From: Bacteroidia bacterium
Lineage (GTDB): Bacteria; Bacteroidota; Bacteroidia; UKL13-3
Assembly (NCBI GenBank): GCA_044369215.1
Contig: JBIPMI010000001.1
Location: forward strand, 1-36,819
Direction: 5' to 3'
Length of the DNA: 36,819 nt
Part shown: piece by piece, positions 34,469 through 36,819 of the stretch
How the letters are laid out: each line of letters opens with the position of its first letter
Position numbering within the stretch: position 1 is the stretch's first letter
The notes under the pieces: generated by a model
The model's database searches: none
Told to the model about the DNA's origin: nothing
The model's input: only the letters and a program-made list of their open reading frames with translations
Position numbers and translations under genes: made by a program

Positions 34469-35332
34469 TTATCCAACAATTTCAGCGGATATTATTCCTT
34501 TTCTGTTGCTTCCTGAAACTCGAATGTTGTGTCCCAGAAAAAGCTCGTCATCTAAAAAGTCGAATTTGAATTTTCCACCTGAAGTAATACTCAATGTTGA
34601 AAGAGAAATTCTATTGATGAATTCGGGTTTAGTTATCTTTTTGATTGTTTCTTCTTGCCAGTCATTAGCTAATTCTAAGAGCTGTTCTGCGGCATATTGT
34701 TTTAATTCTAAGTCAAATTGTGTTTGTTGTGACCAATATTTTCTTAAATAATTTAATGCACTCTTCCAAGTCTTTTGATTGTCTACACTTACCTCCAAAT
34801 AGATGTTAATAGTATTGTTTAACCAGCTTACTTTTCCCTCAAACCAGCTTAAATCTTTATTTAATTCAAAAACGCCAAGCTCATTATCATTTAATAAAAT
34901 AGGTTTTCTATAATCTGCTAAAATTTCTAATAATTCAGAGTTTTGGATGTTCTCCTCAAGTACCTTCAATACCATTAAACGATTTGCAATTGTAGGTAAA
35001 TAGCCTTCAGGTATAGTTTTATCTTTTAATTCTCTTATTAGTAGTCGATATATTGTTCCAATTTTAAAATTATATGGCCATGATATACCAAATTCACGAC
35101 TTTGTTCTTCTGATAATAACCATGTAATCTGTCCCTCACCTATTTTTAAGAGAGAAGTTTCTACTTCTATATATGCTAAAATGAACTCTAAAGATTGCCA
35201 TGAATCACCAATTTTTACAGCACCTCCACTGAAATCACTAATCAGAACTAAAACTTCTTTTTCAGTTTTTTCATATTCATTTTCATACTCAATATAATCC
35301 TGGCCTTTCTTTATCAAATTGAATGTATTCAT
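34469..35332 (-). CDS. Hypothetical cytoplasmic protein, C-terminal half DUF2262-like (immunity-protein-like)
   Basis: 287-aa ORF with no signal peptide. The C-terminal pattern GVFELNKDLSWFEGKVSWLNNTINIYL...AAEQLLELANDWQ...ISLSTLSITSGGKFKFDFLDDELFLGHNIRVSGSNRKGIISAEIVG resembles my recollection of DUF2262. This assignment is not verified. Confidence 0.6.
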   Translation of the reverse strand: MNTFNLIKKGQDYIEYENEYEKTEKEVLVLISDFSGGAVKIGDSWQSLEFILAYIEVETSLLKIGEGQITWLLSEEQSREFGISWPYNFKIGTIYRLLIRELKDKTIPEGYLPTIANRLMVLKVLEENIQNSELLEILADYRKPILLNDNELGVFELNKDLSWFEGKVSWLNNTINIYLEVSVDNQKTWKSALNYLRKYWSQQTQFDLELKQYAAEQLLELANDWQEETIKKITKPEFINRISLSTLSITSGGKFKFDFLDDELFLGHNIRVSGSNRKGIISAEIVG

Positions 35333-35349
35333 ATTTTAATATTGGCGGT

Positions 35350-35430
35350 CTGCTGAAAATTTAATTTAGATAAACTATTTAGGGCTTTCTGAAAAAGACA
35401 GAAACAAGTTCTAATATAGATTTTCAGCAG
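35350..35430. repeat. 11-bp inverted repeat bracketing a 59-bp spacer
   Basis: ctgctgaaaat (35350-35360) pairs with attttcagcag (35420-35430), plus two further pairs after one mismatch. A small inner hairpin tttctg/cagaaa is present. It lies between the 138-aa ORF stop and the 287-aa ORF start. Confidence 0.5.
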
Positions 35431-35453
35431 GCCCAATTTAACTTTTCAATCAA

Positions 35454-35870
35454 TCATTCATCCAAGCTCTCTGCTTTTCTTTGTTCAATAATAAAGTCCT
35501 TGCCAAATGTAATTTTTTTTACCAAAGCTGAATTTGGTTCAATAATTCTCCAAAACGGAGTGATATCATTTAGCGAATTTGTTTGTGTGTACTTTTCATA
35601 ATTGGCTTCAGCAACAATACGTAAGAAAATTCCTGTTGTAACCGGACAAGTATATTCGGCATTGTTTTCAATAGCGAGGTCTTTTCGCATGCTTAGCACT
35701 GAAACCTTTTTCCCTTCGGGAATTTGTTTGATGTAGTTGTCAATAATTTGTGGGGTTGCAATATACATTTTACTATCAGCTGGTATATCTGCAAATTTGA
35801 AGTCGATATGTTTTACTTTAGCTTCCTTTTTTTCTTGAAGCTTATCGAGCCATGATTTTTTATTAGCCAT
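35454..35870 (-). CDS. MGMT-fold-like (methylated-DNA methyltransferase DNA-binding domain-like) protein lacking the PCHR cysteine
   Basis: 138-aa ORF. IKQIPEGKKVSVLSMRKDLA...CPVTTGIFLRIVAEA...ITPFWRII parallels the MGMT C-terminal domain layout (IP.G.V.TY..IA ... PCHRVV), with PFWRII in place of PCHRVV. The assignment is from recollection only. Confidence 0.55.
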   Translation of the reverse strand: MANKKSWLDKLQEKKEAKVKHIDFKFADIPADSKMYIATPQIIDNYIKQIPEGKKVSVLSMRKDLAIENNAEYTCPVTTGIFLRIVAEANYEKYTQTNSLNDITPFWRIIEPNSALVKKITFGKDFIIEQRKAESLDE

Positions 35871-35947
35871 TTTCTTTGCTCAGTTTTTAGTTAAGTGAAA
35901 CAAAAATAAATTCATTTTTTGTGATGCTAATAGATACTTTATTAAAT

Positions 35948-36819
35948 TTACTTGAATGCAGGAAGAATATACTTTTTAATCAATTCATCACTGTATGATT
36001 GAGAATTGTAGTTTCCTCCGGTGGTAACAATTACCATATTCAATTCTTTAAAGATATAAATTTTCTGTCCACCGTTTCCTTGTGCTGCAAAGGTGTAATA
36101 TTTATTTCCATTTGATTCTAGGTATTTATTCCACCATAAATAACCATAATCAACACCTTGTACAACGGAATGCTTTTTCAATGATAAATTAATCCAGTTT
36201 TCTGAAATAATTTGTTTGTTTTTCCATCTTCCATTATTTAGATACAATAGTCCCAGTTTAGCCAAATCTCTTGAAGTTAAGTAAGCCTGACAGAAGGTCT
36301 CAACACTTGATTTATCGGGTTTAAAATTCCAGACAAAATTTGATATTCCAAGTGGCTTAAACAGATTTTCTTTAGCGAAATTAGGTAATGTTTGTTTCGT
36401 TGCTTTTTCAATAATTCTACCCAATGTAATTGGATTACCAGAGCAATACATTCCCTTTCCTCCCGCACTGTCAATCATGGGTAAGTCTAATGTAAATTTC
36501 ACCCAATCTTCAGAATTGTTCATAGTTGTTTCATTACCAACTGAATTAGGATTGCTCACATCGCAATCAAGTCCGCTTTCATTTGTAAGCAGGTTTTCAA
36601 TGGTGATTTTTTCTTTTGCTTTTGATGGGTTCTGTATTGAATACTCCGGAAAAAATGAAAGCACAGTTTCATTTTTACTTTTAATATAACCTTTATCAAT
36701 TGCAATTCCTGTAAGAGCCGAAACAATGCTTTTGGTTGCAGAACGCAGCTCATGAACTTTGTTTTTGTTGTGTTCGTAAAAGTACTCTTCGAAAACCAGT
36801 TTGTTATCTTTAATGATTA
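35948..36819 (-). CDS. Beta-lactamase-family serine hydrolase (5' end beyond window)
   Basis: The track ORF 35948..36664 starts at an internal GTG. The same frame stays open to the window end and reads IKDNKLVFEEYFYEHNKNKVHELRSATKSIVSALTGIAIDKGYIK.., containing the S-x-x-K nucleophile motif (SATK). The downstream region is typical of class C/PBP4*-like serine hydrolases. Confidence 0.88.
   Translation of the reverse strand, partial: IIKDNKLVFEEYFYEHNKNKVHELRSATKSIVSALTGIAIDKGYIKSKNETVLSFFPEYSIQNPSKAKEKITIENLLTNESGLDCDVSNPNSVGNETTMNNSEDWVKFTLDLPMIDSAGGKGMYCSGNPITLGRIIEKATKQTLPNFAKENLFKPLGISNFVWNFKPDKSSVETFCQAYLTSRDLAKLGLLYLNNGRWKNKQIISENWINLSLKKHSVVQGVDYGYLWWNKYLESNGNKYYTFAAQGNGGQKIYIFKELNMVIVTTGGNYNSQSYSDELIKKYILPAFK

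Noticed and set aside
34506-36753. ORFs 34506..34751 (+), 36277..36474 (-), 36477..36689 (+) and 36556..36753 (-)
   Set aside because: They are antisense or out of frame within the 287-aa ORF and the serine hydrolase gene. The hydrolase frame is continuous to the window end and explains the region.
1-36819. Search by eye for tRNA, rRNA, tmRNA, RNase P or riboswitch signatures (e.g. GTTCGAATC T-loop boxes, a glycine riboswitch before gcvH, a purine element before purE)
   Set aside because: I found no convincing conserved boxes or cloverleaf-compatible segments. The leaders of gcvH and purE are too short or too unstructured. This was not checked with covariance models, so small RNAs cannot be excluded.

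Overview
This is an AT-rich bacterial chromosome segment. It looks like Bacteroidota: a type-A T9SS C-terminal sorting domain on a YHYH protein, a zeaxanthin-type carotenoid sub-cluster, and a PAS sensor with a DHp/H-box but no ATPase domain. I saw no rRNA, tRNA or CRISPR array.

Positions 1-28.8 kb are tightly packed core genes. They include a DEAD-box helicase, asd, a 1115-aa secreted protein with three lamin-tail domains, lnt, rsmI, an FkbM methyltransferase, DedA, purE, the sensor plus a stand-alone receiver, gcvH, a lycopene cyclase, crtZ and a PF04240-like protein. They also include DUF3108, an ALDH7-type dehydrogenase, a retropepsin-like protease, a 1022-aa M1 peptidase, a TPR protein, phosphosulfolactate synthase, YqeY, LOG, maeB and the YHYH/T9SS protein. 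Several clear hairpin terminators and one decayed DUF486/DMT pseudogene sit among them.

From about 28.8 kb the character changes to accessory DNA:
- Gene fragments flank a compact three-gene operon: a 4-TM protein, a membrane protein with paired transmembrane histidines, and a decahaem cytochrome c. I consider this the most interesting candidate for an undescribed electron-transfer module.
- Next comes a solitary HUH/Y1 (RAYT-like) transposase embedded in inverted arrays of two-hairpin REP-like units.
- A roughly 600-bp gene-free tract follows, carrying a second repeat family.
- Four separately spaced orphan genes of unknown function come next (a lipoprotein, a secreted protein, a DUF2262-like protein and an MGMT-fold-like protein).
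- A beta-lactamase-family serine hydrolase runs off the window end.

All family assignments rest on motifs I can read in the translations and on recalled family signatures. No database search, GC calculation or structure prediction was run.
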